Below, one piece after another: positions 8,901-18,898 of a stretch of DNA of 64,000 nt (the first letter of the stretch is position 1; each line of letters opens with the position of its first letter). Location: contig CAYFHS010000002.1 in NCBI GenBank assembly GCA_964342815.1, positions 152,790 to 216,789 of the forward strand. The letters run 5' to 3'. The position numbers and the translations under genes were made by a program. This DNA is from an uncultured archaeon. GTDB lineage: Archaea > Thermoplasmatota > Penumbrarchaeia > JASLWR01. The notes under the pieces are model-generated. The model was not told the DNA's origin. It saw nothing but the letters and a program-made list of their open reading frames with translations, and made no database searches.

Positions 8901-11900
8901 ATCTCCTGTGGTGGCATTTTTCCAGGTTCGATCGGTTACGAATGTAGGGCTAATATCATCCACGAACGTGATGAATACCAGAGGATGTTCATCTTTGACG
9001 CCCATACCACCATCCACCGAATAAGCTATGTCCCAGGTCACTCCGTTATGGGTTGCAAGGGGATAACGAGATGAGTAATCTGACCAGAAATTCCCTTCAC
9101 CCAAGTTATTATTCCATTTGTTATTGTTACTTCTGTCAAAAGCCTGTACTCTTTCGCCTATATTGGCTATGAAATTATTGTGGTGAATGACATTATTTAC
9201 TGCGTTCTGTTCAATGTAAACGCCATAATTTTTGTTCTCGGAAAATATATTGTAATGAATAATATTATTTTTACTGCTGGTGTTGAGAAAGATTCCATAG
9301 CCGTTGTTCGAACTGAGTGTGTTGTTATTGATAGAATTGTTATCGGACAGCGATACATGAATGCCGTACCCATTATTTGAAGTTATATTATTGTAACTTA
9401 TGCTGTTGTTGGAGGAGGAGTTAATGTATAGACCCTGAGTCAGATCGTATAGATGATTGTAGCGGACGGTATTATTTAAAGCGGATTGAATACATATTCC
9501 CATACGGTCATTGTTTGAGAATATCTTGTTATGTTCGATTATATTTCCACCTGAGCCATTTACCCAGATGCCTTGTTCATTTGTGTTCAGGGTGTTATGA
9601 CGGATGATGTTATTGTTGGAATAAGTTCTCGCTATAATATAAACATCATCTATGTGCCAATAATCAGTACGCCCGCTGCCGTCAGTCTGATATAAACGCA
9701 TCTGGAATGACGAATGGAGTGCTCCGGCCGGCAGGTGAAAAGTAGGTTTATAAATTTGCCCGGGTACTCCATTCCCAAGGTATTGGACAAGATCTTTCCA
9801 CGAGCTCCCTGAATCCTTGTATTGAACCTTAAGGTCATCACCGTTATCCGGATTCTCGCTGAAAGCATCGGACCCTCTTCGAATCCAGCAATTTATGGTT
9901 GCGAAATCGTAACGGCTCAGATCAAGAACCGGCGAGGTACAATAAAGAGATCCTCCCCTTGTGTACATGGATTTTGATCCGGAGTTTGCCGTATGATCGC
10001 TTACTCCCGCAACACCAACACCACTTTTGGACCATGGGGCAAGGGTGCCGTCTTCAAAGTCATCCATAAAAATAATAATACTCTGGTTTAAAAAGACACC
10101 GCATCTGTTCTTTGTCACATTGTTTTCCACTATTGTGTTGTTGAAGGAAAAGTCGAGGTATATGCCGCTCTTTTTGTTCATTTCAACGATATTACCAGTA
10201 ATGGAGTTATTATTGCTGGCCGGTGAAATGGAGATTCCGTTGGTGTTGTTCGAAAAGTTGTTATTCCGGATTGAATTATATTTACTGATATCGAGATGGA
10301 TTCCGTTGTTGCGGTTGCCGTTACAGGTGTTATTTGCCAGTGAATTATTGTCAGAATGGTATAGATGGATGGCATCCTTGTGATTGCTGTTCAATGTGTT
10401 GTTCGAGATGTTGTTAAGTTCGGACGATTCCATAAATATTCCGTATGTCGAGTTGACGCCGCTGTTGAAGCTTATCGAATTCTTAAGTGACTTGTTGAGA
10501 TATATACCGTACTCGTTATCGGAAACGTTGTTATTTGCCAATAAATTGTGGCCGCCCAGCAGAAGATATATGCCCAAATCGTTGTCAGTTACGTTGTTTG
10601 AGGCGATAGTGTTATTGTTGCTGTTGTTGAGATGGATTCCATTTGTATTACCTGTTATGTTATTGTTCTTCAGTAAATTGTCGCTTGAATCCTTCAGATA
10701 TATACCTATTACGCCATCGGTGATTGTGGAATTCGTAAGATTGACATCATGGCAATCGTACAGGATTATCTGTCCCACGTTCGTGGACCCACGTCCCGAG
10801 ATCACTAGGCCGTTAAGTGAGATTCCCCTTTCGTGGCCGTACCATCTTATTGGAATATTATTCACTACATTGGAACTGTTGACGGTGTTATCATAGGCAC
10901 CTTCCCCAGAAAAATAAAAGCCGTATTGGGCATCAGTTTTTATGATGACGTTTCCGTTAAAATCATTGTGGGCCGGGGAACCGTACAGGAGGATTCCGTT
11001 AGTGTTATTTTTGAGGTTATTGTTATTTATCTTATTGAACCGGCTGCTGTATACACTGATACCGTTGGTACAATCTGAACAATTATTGTCGATAATGCTG
11101 TTATTATTGGATTGGAAAATCTTTATTCCATCCTCACTCAGAAATTCGTAGGTATTATTTCGTATGCTGTTATTCCCCCCATATTCAAGGAATATCCCCG
11201 CAGAATTTTTCGATCCCGTATTGTTGTATAGGTTATTGTCGCTGCTATCGTGGAGAAAAATACCGTAATTGTTGTTGGCGCAAGTGTTGTTGTATAAATT
11301 GCTGTAACTTTCCTTATACAGAAAAATACCACGTGTGTTGTTCGAACAGGTGTTGTTCGTAATTTTGTTTTTTCCCCCCGAGGCGAGGTATATTCCGAAA
11401 TCGATGCTGGAATCACATAGGTTTTCCCGAATGATGTTCTCTTCTGATGTTACGAGTCGGATACCTTCTACATTGTCGGAGCAATTATTGTTTTCAATGC
11501 TGTTATTGCTACTTTTCCATATGTGAATTCCGCGTTCATTGTCCGTAAAAGTATTATTGTCAATAATGCTGTAATTTCCTTTATACAGAAAAATGCCACG
11601 TGTGTTGTTCGAACAGGTGTTGTTGGTGATACTGTTGTTTTCAGACAAATTGAGGTATATGCCAAAAGCGGTGTTGGAACCACACAGATTTTTCCGTATA
11701 GTGTTCTTTTCTGATGATACGAGTCGGATACCTTCTTCATTGTTGGAGCAATTGTTGTATTCAATAGTATTATTGGTACTGTTACATATATGTATGGCAT
11801 AGGTATTATTTGAGCAGGTATTATTTACGAGCTTATTACCATTTGAATTGTTTAGTAAAATACCTTGCTGCTTATTCGAGTTGCATTCATTGTCCGAGAC

Positions 11901-13922
11901 ATTATTCCCATAAGACGACTCTATCCGGATACCGGTATGATTTGAAACACAGTAATTTTGTTTGATTGTATTGTTCCCGCCATTATCTATAACCATACCG
12001 TACTCGTTGTTTGTGAAATTGTTATACATGATGTCATTCTTCTCTCCGTTGTTTATGTTGATACCTTGAACATTGTTGTTACAATCGTTGTACTTGACGG
12101 CGTTGTAATCACCATTGAAGATATAAATACCATATTTACCCCAACCGCAGCTGTTGTTGCGAATTGTGTTATTGTCAGAAAACCCCAAGAGGACTGGAAT
12201 CGTACAATTAGTGATGTTCTGATCATAGATTGTAATTTTCGAGCAGTTGGCCAGTATTACCTGTCCGTTGGAATTTGAAATACTACCGGATATCTCGTTC
12301 TTTCTGTAACAAAGAGGCTTATCGTTTATTTTATTAGATGAATCCATCGTATGGGAGTTCCAGTGTTCCAGCGAAGGACCTGTGATAATAAACCCAGTTC
12401 CATTTAGCTTATTCCCCGAAAACGTATTATTGCCACACGATTCCATTAAAATTCCGTTTTTACACTCAGTATCCACCATTGTCGAGTTTATAATAGTGGC
12501 TTTTGGTTCCGAAGCGGAATATTTTCTCATGATAACGATATCGTAGTAACTGTCCATTTCCACGTCTTGTGTCCAATGATCCATAAATGCATCCAAGGTA
12601 ATTTGAAAAGGTCTGTTAAAAGTTTGTATTGTATCACCAAAAGAGGGTGAATAAGTGCCGGACAATTTCTCTGAAAAGATATTTCCCTTTACGATATAAT
12701 TAAATTCAGCCGTTCCGCTCGCGAAATCATTTGGATTATTCAAAATTTTTTGATTTGCATCTTTCGAATGACCAATCGTAACCTTAAAATCACCCCAAAG
12801 ACAAATTGATAAACCAGTGTAATCACCATCATTATCCAATAATCGTAAGCTTTGCATCGACCCGCCCCCTCGATCCCAATCCAAATTAGTCCACCGCCCT
12901 TTGGAAAAAACTGTGAAATTTTCAGTATTGAATTTTTTTTTACTTATGAAACGGTATCCCGACGGTAGATTATTTGATTTCGCATAAACATGCAATTCAC
13001 CCCCTGATACCTGATATGAATGTGTACCTGCTGCAAATTCCGATACGGTCCATTTATTCTGGTTTAAGCTATTTCCACTGAAATCATCGAAAAAATCAAA
13101 CGTTTTGTTTCCATCGCTTTCCGGGTTTGCGTTGCCATCTCCGTATAACATGTACAGTTCGGATGTTCCTTTCAAAGGGATATTCACCCATATTATCGAG
13201 GTCCCTTTTGAGTTCCATTTTTCGATCCAGTAATTCAGTTTGCTCCCGTTGATGTCGTAAAATCTTACGTCATTTCCGCTGCCATTTGCCCTTGAATAAT
13301 TGAAAGTATCTTTATCGAGTTCGATCTTGATCTGATAATCTGCATCGGGTGTCACCGGGTTCAAAAGGATTTTGTTCCGGTAACCCTCAACAACTGATTT
13401 CATCTTGACCGTATTATTGTTTATTATATTGTTATGCGAATCGATCAGGTAGATGCCATTCTGATTTTTGGAGCAATTGTTCTTACTTATCTTACAGTTG
13501 TTAGATTCGAATAGTTTTATTCCTGCATCTGACTCCGCCGCTCCGCTGTTATTGATATGGAACCCGCTCACATTTACCCAACTCGAATTGATATATATTA
13601 CATTGCCGTGACCAATACCGCGGATATTCGTGCCGGTGCTTGCATTTCCCATCAAAGTGATGGATTTATTGATGATCAGATTTTCATTGTAGGTGCCGTT
13701 GTAAACAAGAATAGTATCACCTGCGGAAGCATTGTCGATGGCCCATTGGATATGCGAGTAATCCTGCGTGCCGTTTTTTCCAACCGTAGATGTAGCACCG
13801 TGACTGGAACCAATTGGGCTGAGGATTTCAAGAAATGAGAAATCGAATCCCACAAACATCTGGCTTGTCAATATTATTACAAGCCAGATTGTAAAAATAT
13901 CTTTTTTCATCAATCTCATCAT
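5931..13922 (-). CDS. giant surface glycoprotein: NosD/CASH parallel beta-helix with DUF2341-like and jelly-roll insertions, Ig-like/PKD stalk, TM, Pro-rich tail, C4HC3 Zn finger, SHOCT-like end
   Basis: 2663 aa. Signal peptide; IQWAIDNASAGDTILVYNGTYNENL; dozens of N-N-x-I-x-x-N-x-x-x-x-N-x-x-GI repeats; DVRFYD...LNYWIEKW...IWVNIP; five DN-x-x-V...NYT repeats plus a PKD domain; TM helix; CSIC...CPC...H..C...CSEC. Confidence 0.85.
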   Translation of the reverse strand: MMRLMKKDIFTIWLVIILTSQMFVGFDFSFLEILSPIGSSHGATSTVGKNGTQDYSHIQWAIDNASAGDTILVYNGTYNENLIINKSITLMGNASTGTNIRGIGHGNVIYINSSWVNVSGFHINNSGAAESDAGIKLFESNNCKISKNNCSKNQNGIYLIDSHNNIINNNTVKMKSVVEGYRNKILLNPVTPDADYQIKIELDKDTFNYSRANGSGNDVRFYDINGSKLNYWIEKWNSKGTSIIWVNIPLKGTSELYMLYGDGNANPESDGNKTFDFFDDFSGNSLNQNKWTVSEFAAGTHSYQVSGGELHVYAKSNNLPSGYRFISKKKFNTENFTVFSKGRWTNLDWDRGGGSMQSLRLLDNDGDYTGLSICLWGDFKVTIGHSKDANQKILNNPNDFASGTAEFNYIVKGNIFSEKLSGTYSPSFGDTIQTFNRPFQITLDAFMDHWTQDVEMDSYYDIVIMRKYSASEPKATIINSTMVDTECKNGILMESCGNNTFSGNKLNGTGFIITGPSLEHWNSHTMDSSNKINDKPLCYRKNEISGSISNSNGQVILANCSKITIYDQNITNCTIPVLLGFSDNNTIRNNSCGWGKYGIYIFNGDYNAVKYNDCNNNVQGININNGEKNDIMYNNFTNNEYGMVIDNGGNNTIKQNYCVSNHTGIRIESSYGNNVSDNECNSNKQQGILLNNSNGNKLVNNTCSNNTYAIHICNSTNNTIEYNNCSNNEEGIRLVSSEKNTIRKNLCGSNTAFGIYLNLSENNSITNNTCSNNTRGIFLYKGNYSIIDNNTFTDNERGIHIWKSSNNSIENNNCSDNVEGIRLVTSEENIIRENLCDSSIDFGIYLASGGKNKITNNTCSNNTRGIFLYKESYSNLYNNTCANNNYGIFLHDSSDNNLYNNTGSKNSAGIFLEYGGNNSIRNNTYEFLSEDGIKIFQSNNNSIIDNNCSDCTNGISVYSSRFNKINNNNLKNNTNGILLYGSPAHNDFNGNVIIKTDAQYGFYFSGEGAYDNTVNSSNVVNNIPIRWYGHERGISLNGLVISGRGSTNVGQIILYDCHDVNLTNSTITDGVIGIYLKDSSDNLLKNNNITGNTNGIHLNNSNNNTIASNNVTDNDLGIYLLLGGHNLLANNNVSDNEYGIYLNKSLKNSISFNSGVNSTYGIFMESSELNNISNNTLNSNHKDAIHLYHSDNNSLANNTCNGNRNNGIHLDISKYNSIRNNNFSNNTNGISISPASNNNSITGNIVEMNKKSGIYLDFSFNNTIVENNVTKNRCGVFLNQSIIIFMDDFEDGTLAPWSKSGVGVAGVSDHTANSGSKSMYTRGGSLYCTSPVLDLSRYDFATINCWIRRGSDAFSENPDNGDDLKVQYKDSGSSWKDLVQYLGNGVPGQIYKPTFHLPAGALHSSFQMRLYQTDGSGRTDYWHIDDVYIIARTYSNNNIIRHNTLNTNEQGIWVNGSGGNIIEHNKIFSNNDRMGICIQSALNNTVRYNHLYDLTQGLYINSSSNNSISYNNITSNNGYGIHVSLSDNNSINNNTLSSNNGYGIFLNTSSKNNIIHYNIFSENKNYGVYIEQNAVNNVIHHNNFIANIGERVQAFDRSNNNKWNNNLGEGNFWSDYSSRYPLATHNGVTWDIAYSVDGGMGVKDEHPLVFITFVDDISPTFVTDRTWKNATTGDIFNFSATVIDNIAVVNVWVNYTINGRIFHNISLVHHDNDIWYNNTVLLENATNLTYHFSVLDAGRNWKRVHGSNILVNDNDAPELILDNSMNSATTGDRYEITADFADNIRVDFVLINYTFDGIQFHNESLFDMETMQWNKTLDIPSWATFFTYYFYFGDAAGNRNITDARNITVTDNDLPILLKDNTPETSTTGEDFLFSAEFTDNINISSVWINYAFDSQDFFNVPLNNINSTLWTFKIRINSRATNLTYFFNFEDKANNKNTTLSKILLVRDNDVPIFLSDQTSQLAVTSESFTFILMVADNIGVTSASVNYTFDNSTFYRQSMYKQNELSWNSTIEISSSAVYLEYIFHISDNAPNFNTCPPRRIDVHDNEFPVLIKDNISTVPTTGDTFTFSVLLEDNVGIFSAIANYTTDGIEYHRLFLYHEKGNEWIGTITIEMNSTMMGYHFQFSDFSGNLITSSSTVRDVTDNDAPFPDAGENIRMKKGENVVFNGTNSRDNIGILNYTWSFSYNNTTVRLFDPTPSFIFLREGNYTVKLTVEDLAGNCAIDFVDISINSTGKEEPIPHDDMPDDDPDDEIPGVTDDGGGRRTDPVSTVPLWISIPLNLIALLVVGLVLLIFIKKRRKAQDLSSDVKKDSQKMTKNEAGGGTEGEKYPHEIDISAESLEDMDKQFRDIPHPPAGTGKERNTIPGGGPYPQPLMRAAMDETSKLGTGRVDEHIKALPETAGITIDVAWDEGNRKKEENKREGPRKLPSIGPPGPVTSNSIPGVEAVPFIPPEHLTEHKGLRGPSPEMNTVIPGAIQTQPIITSTPLRMDIKPVLTKPLPPPPDFRPPEEDTPQIFSEEEIDRPTMFSPSLRKKPSYLSIKRSMLFKMEDSMPCSICYGDISAGLQAIRCPCGDISHLTCGIQIGRCSECGVDYQDIVTRVSQEAIIKSIEDSKKTAKREVGVKVDWDDTDDMMKQLLKKVINKEITVEEYKMLSNDLKNIQ
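11300..11800. repeat. intragenic 267-bp (89-aa) tandem duplication within the beta-helix
   Basis: ttatacagaaaaat(a/g)ccacgtgtgttgttcgaacaggtgttgtt recurs at 11314 and 11581; protein NNTCSNNTRGIFLYK occurs twice, 89 aa apart. Confidence 0.85.
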
Positions 13923-14025
13923 ATTTGGATGAAAATAATATTATTAATATATTTCCAAATTTTCTATCAAATTCTATTTTGAATATTGTTCCATAAATAT
14001 TAAGAACTTCCTTGATTTTACAGTA

Positions 14026-16875
14026 ATGTTAGTGGTTTTTTTCATGATAAAGGAATCGAAATGGATTATATTCATGATCACCATTTTCCTCGTTGTTAAT
14101 GTGATCAGGTGCAATAATAGCGTATCCGCTTCTTTTCCGATAAACATTGCCTGGGTGACATTTTCGGATCACTCCAATGAAGTGGTTTCGGTATCATGGT
14201 CGCCCGACGAGGGAAAGATCGCCTCGTGTTCCTATGACGGGACCGTAAAGATATGGATCCCTTCTACCAAAGAAATCATCCGGACTTTTTCTAATCTGGA
14301 AGGATACGTTATGGACCTCGCGTGGTCCCCCGACAGCACTAAGATAGTCGCCTCCTCATATGAGATTGCCAAGATATGGGATGTGGGGAGCGGTAGTATA
14401 GTGACCACATACTCCGGTCATACCAATTACATCACCTGTGTCTCTTGGGCTGCTACCGGAAACAAGATCGCCTCTGGAGCCGGGGACAATACCATAAAGA
14501 TATGGGATGCTGTGACAGGAAACGAGATATCCGATCTGAACGGACACAACGGCACGGTGCTCGATGTCGCCTGGTCACCGGATGCAACGAAACTGGCATC
14601 CTGTTCAAGCGATAACACCATAAAGATATGGAATGTGACAGCTGAGCAAGCCATATCTTCCCTGGAAGGACACACAGGTGCAGTTAATGGGATTTCTTGG
14701 TCCCCCGATGGCAACTTTCTTGTTTCTTGTTCCTCTGATAATTATATCAAGATCTGGAACGTCACTAACGAAAACGTCATAACGACATTGTCCGGCCATA
14801 CCCTGAGTGTCAGTTCTGTGGTATGTTCACCGGACGGGACGATGATCCTTTCAACTTCATTCGACCAATCGGCGAGGGTGTGGGATTTTGAGACCGGAGA
14901 TGAGATCATAGGTCTTTTAGAACACAGCTCAGGTCTACATTCCGCTGCGTGGTGTCCCGACACTATGTCGGTGGTCACTTGTTCTGAGGATTACACTGCA
15001 AAGGTATGGTATCTCGATTTCGATGGAGATGATTTTGTGAGAGATTCCTTTCCCCTGGACCCGGCCGCCAGTAAAGATACTGACGGCGATGGAACTCCGG
15101 ATTCATGGAACGAGGGAATGAATGAAAATGACTCTCTCTATGACCTTTACTTGGATATTTTCCCGACCGATCCTTCAGCATCTGTCGATACCGATGAAGA
15201 CGGTTGGCCGGATGAGTGGAATGAGGGCTGTACCGAGAATGATAGCACGACTTGGCTGGTTCTTGATGCTTTTCCAACCGATCCTGCCGCGAGTATGGAT
15301 CGCGATGGAGATAATTACCCTGACCGATGGAACGGCGGTTATGGTCCCAATAGTTCCACTTTGGGATTAGAAAGACTTGATGATTTCCCGAATGATCCGG
15401 CTGCTAGCCTGGACACTGATGGTGATGGGTATCCGTACATGTGGAATGCCGGAAAGGGACCGACCGATTCGACCACGGGTTTAAGACTTGATGATTTCAC
15501 ATATGATCCCGCAGCCTCGCTTGACAGCGACGGGGACGGTTTTCCCGATGAATGGAATCGCTTCAAAAGCGCTTCGGATTCCACCAAGGGATTGCGATTG
15601 GATGATCTTCCGCATGATATTGCAGCGAGCTTGGACACAGATGGTGACGGTTATCCCAACCAATGGAATCAGGGAATGGGGGTACATAATTCCGTCACTG
15701 GCTTGAAGATAGATGTATTTCCAAATGACCCTGCTGCGGCCCTTGATAGCGATGGCGACGGGGCGACCGACGAGTGGGTAGCGGGCAAGGATAAAGATGA
15801 CTCTTTCGATAGATTGGAACTGGATGCGTTTCCTTATGATATTGCAGCTACCGTGGATAGCGATGGCGACGGTTACCCTGATAAATGGAACCCTGGAATG
15901 ACAAAGAAAGACTCGGTAACGGGTTTAGTTCTGGATTCATTTCCTGATGATTCCGCGGCCACTCTTGATACAGATGGTGACGGATACCCCGATCGTTGGA
16001 ATGAGGGGATGAATGAATCAAATTCATCCACGGATCTACGCTTGGATGCGTTTCCTTATGATCCAGCTGCGAGCCTGGATAGCGATGGTGACGGCTCACC
16101 GGATTTCTGGAATATAGGTAAATCCAAAATAGACTCCACCAAGGATCTTACCCTTGACGATTTCCCGAACGATACCGCTGCGAGCCTTGATACCGACAGG
16201 GATGGCTCACCAGATTCATGGAATGAACGAATGTCTCAAAAGGATTCCACTACCGGGCTTGTACTGGATGCATATCCTCATGATTCTAGTAGATACTGGA
16301 CAGAAGATGAAAGTGGAAATAACTTTCTATGGCTGGTAATGATCATTGTTATATTATTCATTGTTATCTTATCAGGAATAGGTGTATTTCTATTTATCCG
16401 AACAAGAAAAAAGAATGCAACCTCTAATCAGGAAAGTGAAAGCGAATATATTAATACCGAAGTGGATATCGTATACCCATCTACAGATTTGTCAGCTGGT
16501 GATTCATCAACGCATTTTGCAAAAAGACAACCTGAATATTACGGAAGGACCAAAAATTTTCCTCCCCCAAGTGATTATATTCCTCATCAAAGAAAGGAAA
16601 GTTTTATGGATAACATAAATCCGTATGAGCGATCCGTAGGGAATTCTATTCAGGAGGATGTTCCGGTAGGATCGGGTTGGTTGCCACCTGTGAAGAAGAT
16701 ATCCGCATCCAATCTACCCGAACCTCAAATAGCCCGGTTGCAGTTGTCCGAACCAAAATTGAAAACCATTACCTGTTCGGGTTGTGATGGAAAATTCATG
16801 GGTCAAATCTCTGTTGTGCCTTCCATGGTGACTTGTCCGTTTTGTGGAGTTGAAAAAATAATTGCTTCCTTTTAG
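14026..16875 (+). CDS. exported 7-bladed WD40 protein with Ca-binding (TSP3-like) repeat stalk, TM and C-terminal Zn ribbon
   Basis: Seven H...WSPD...S.S.D.T.KIW repeats; 11 DPAASLDTDGDG.PD.WN repeats; TM LWLVMIIVILFIVILSGIGVFLFI; CSGC...CPFC. Confidence 0.88.
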   Translation: MLVVFFMIKESKWIIFMITIFLVVNVIRCNNSVSASFPINIAWVTFSDHSNEVVSVSWSPDEGKIASCSYDGTVKIWIPSTKEIIRTFSNLEGYVMDLAWSPDSTKIVASSYEIAKIWDVGSGSIVTTYSGHTNYITCVSWAATGNKIASGAGDNTIKIWDAVTGNEISDLNGHNGTVLDVAWSPDATKLASCSSDNTIKIWNVTAEQAISSLEGHTGAVNGISWSPDGNFLVSCSSDNYIKIWNVTNENVITTLSGHTLSVSSVVCSPDGTMILSTSFDQSARVWDFETGDEIIGLLEHSSGLHSAAWCPDTMSVVTCSEDYTAKVWYLDFDGDDFVRDSFPLDPAASKDTDGDGTPDSWNEGMNENDSLYDLYLDIFPTDPSASVDTDEDGWPDEWNEGCTENDSTTWLVLDAFPTDPAASMDRDGDNYPDRWNGGYGPNSSTLGLERLDDFPNDPAASLDTDGDGYPYMWNAGKGPTDSTTGLRLDDFTYDPAASLDSDGDGFPDEWNRFKSASDSTKGLRLDDLPHDIAASLDTDGDGYPNQWNQGMGVHNSVTGLKIDVFPNDPAAALDSDGDGATDEWVAGKDKDDSFDRLELDAFPYDIAATVDSDGDGYPDKWNPGMTKKDSVTGLVLDSFPDDSAATLDTDGDGYPDRWNEGMNESNSSTDLRLDAFPYDPAASLDSDGDGSPDFWNIGKSKIDSTKDLTLDDFPNDTAASLDTDRDGSPDSWNERMSQKDSTTGLVLDAYPHDSSRYWTEDESGNNFLWLVMIIVILFIVILSGIGVFLFIRTRKKNATSNQESESEYINTEVDIVYPSTDLSAGDSSTHFAKRQPEYYGRTKNFPPPSDYIPHQRKESFMDNINPYERSVGNSIQEDVPVGSGWLPPVKKISASNLPEPQIARLQLSEPKLKTITCSGCDGKFMGQISVVPSMVTCPFCGVEKIIASF
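15058..16280 (+). repeat. 11 degenerate intragenic repeats of ~111 bp (37 aa), DxDxDG Ca-binding type
   Basis: Consensus DPAASLDtDGDGyPD.WN.G....DSttGL.LDaFP. Confidence 0.85.
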
Positions 16876-16946
16876 CTCTATCCTTCTCAGGATAAAAACA
16901 ATCCTCAGTTGTTTTAGCAATAACGAATACAATCTCGAACAGATAA

Positions 16947-17732
16947 TTAATAATTGGGCGGCATTGAATAATATGGATAACTCATATCATCGTGTCTCTG
17001 TCCAGGACTTTCCAGTGTTGTTCCTATCATGAAAGCTGCGGCAGCCATTAAAAAGTGCCCGATGGAAGAAACTGCCCTGATAGCATAGAGCATTCCCGGG
17101 TCAAGTGCGTCCTGCATTTCTGCCAAAGATTCCTCTTCCTCAAAATCAACATCGCTGTAGACATTCCTTACGTCCTCGATTACAGACATAAGGAGTATCA
17201 CATTGACAATAGTAAGGACAATAACCAGAGACTCACCAATTATTCCCAATAATTGGGCCGGTTTCTTTTCGGACCAGAAACTGGGTCCTCCTTCTGCAAG
17301 GACCTGGGCAATGGCTGAAAATACACCGAAAATACCTAAGATGAGAACCCAACTGAGCAGATCCTCGAACGCTGTATTGTAATCCGTCTCCGACCCGTCG
17401 GAGGAAAAAGAACCAATAATGCTCGCTATCATAAAGAATGCTAAAACGATGGTTATTAAGAATAAAACACCCATACTTATACTACCGATCAAGCCTGCGA
17501 TTGCTCCTTTTCTCCCCTCTTTTGACAGTTCGTTCCTTTTCACAAAGATAACAATATTGCCGGCCACAACAAGCCCCAGGCCAGCAAGGCCCAGAAGTCC
17601 GGATAGACAGGATAGACCCATTTGACCTCCATCTGATCCGCCAGTACCACTTGAACCGGTTGGAAGGAGTAAATTAAAACCCAAACAGAGTATTCCAGAG
17701 CCTAACAGCATGTATCCGGTTTTCGCACCCAT
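16947..17732 (-). CDS. multi-pass membrane hypothetical protein
   Basis: 261 aa with about 6 hydrophobic segments; no recognised motif. Confidence 0.7.
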   Translation of the reverse strand: MGAKTGYMLLGSGILCLGFNLLLPTGSSGTGGSDGGQMGLSCLSGLLGLAGLGLVVAGNIVIFVKRNELSKEGRKGAIAGLIGSISMGVLFLITIVLAFFMIASIIGSFSSDGSETDYNTAFEDLLSWVLILGIFGVFSAIAQVLAEGGPSFWSEKKPAQLLGIIGESLVIVLTIVNVILLMSVIEDVRNVYSDVDFEEEESLAEMQDALDPGMLYAIRAVSSIGHFLMAAAAFMIGTTLESPGQRHDDMSYPYYSMPPNY

Positions 17733-17968
17733 AGTATCACCATTAATGACATTTGCTTTTATACTATTTCTGTCTACCTATAATATAATTTTTATCGGTT
17801 TCCCACGAAGCTCTACAGAGAGAAAGAGAGGCACGGACGGGCAGTGGAGCATGCTCGTAATAAATATCTGTTATGTTTGTCTGGAAAAAAGAATGATATT
17901 AGATTGTATGTTGATTGTGTATTGGAACGTAGGGAGAAGTGATTGTATAACTTTCTCCTTGTTTAATC

Positions 17969-18898
17969 TTACCCCCAATCAACGTCATCGTAGTATTTAT
18001 TTTCATCACCCATATCATAATCGCCATCATCGTAATCTTCCTGATACGAATAACGTCGGGGATTTTCATGATACTTGTCTCTTCTTGGAACTCCCCTTTT
18101 TTTAAATAAACTTCGCGAATCCCTTCCTCTCATTTTCTCCCCCTCACCCCTACTTCTCCGCCTGTGGTTTTGGAATGAGGGTCTTGAATGCGTTCTTCCC
18201 CTGAAACGACCTTCTTTTAGCATTCTTCTTTCATCCCTATCTCTTTCAATTTGCCATGAGTTCTGGTCCCTTTTATGGGTGCTTCGTTCTCTTTTTGGGA
18301 TGATCTCTCTTTCTCTATTTATTGAGATACGATGTCGGGCGCCAACCATTTTTCTTCCCGGAGATATTTCAAGACCTTTTTGGGAATCCTTTTCCCTCCT
18401 TTTTTCCTGCAGATACTCTTCACTTTGACGAGTTCCGGCCCACTGTGCCCATCGGCGTTTGTCTGCGGAATCCTCCCACTCATCGTAATCTTCATATTCT
18501 TCGATGAAATCATACTTCCCTTTCTTTGAAAAAGCTTTTCTTACATTACTGTTAAGCAGCAAATATAGAGCAATTACTAAATATAAAATAATGCCGCATA
18601 AGGCAGGAATATATCCCAATGCTAAATTTAAAAACCCTCCCATCACTCCTAAAAAGCTAAACGTTATTATAACAATCCGGGCCCAATTCTTGGCTTTCCA
18701 TAAATAATAAGCAACATAAACCATGCCTATTCCCATAATTATAGACACAAAACAAATCGTATAGATCACTATCACATTAACATTACCCGGGATATCCGAT
18801 CCTAAAACAAACAATATGAAAGCAGCTACTATCCAAATAATAGACAATACAATTAGAAAAACAGAGATGGCTTTCACACCACCCGGCACCTTTTTCAT
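17969..18898 (-). CDS. membrane protein (about 4 TM) with long Arg/Lys-rich tail and acidic Tyr-rich C-terminus
   Basis: N-terminal TM hairpins (..YYLWKAKNWARI..YLLLNSNVRKAF), then a low-complexity basic tail ending YQEDYDDGDYDMGDENKYYDDVDWG. Confidence 0.7.
   Translation of the reverse strand: MKKVPGGVKAISVFLIVLSIIWIVAAFILFVLGSDIPGNVNVIVIYTICFVSIIMGIGMVYVAYYLWKAKNWARIVIITFSFLGVMGGFLNLALGYIPALCGIILYLVIALYLLLNSNVRKAFSKKGKYDFIEEYEDYDEWEDSADKRRWAQWAGTRQSEEYLQEKRREKDSQKGLEISPGRKMVGARHRISINREREIIPKRERSTHKRDQNSWQIERDRDERRMLKEGRFRGRTHSRPSFQNHRRRSRGEGEKMRGRDSRSLFKKRGVPRRDKYHENPRRYSYQEDYDDGDYDMGDENKYYDDVDWG

Noticed and set aside
11300-11800. 267-bp duplication as a DGR template/variable repeat pair
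   Set aside because: Differences involve all four bases rather than being adenine-specific, and both copies are in-frame parts of one gene.
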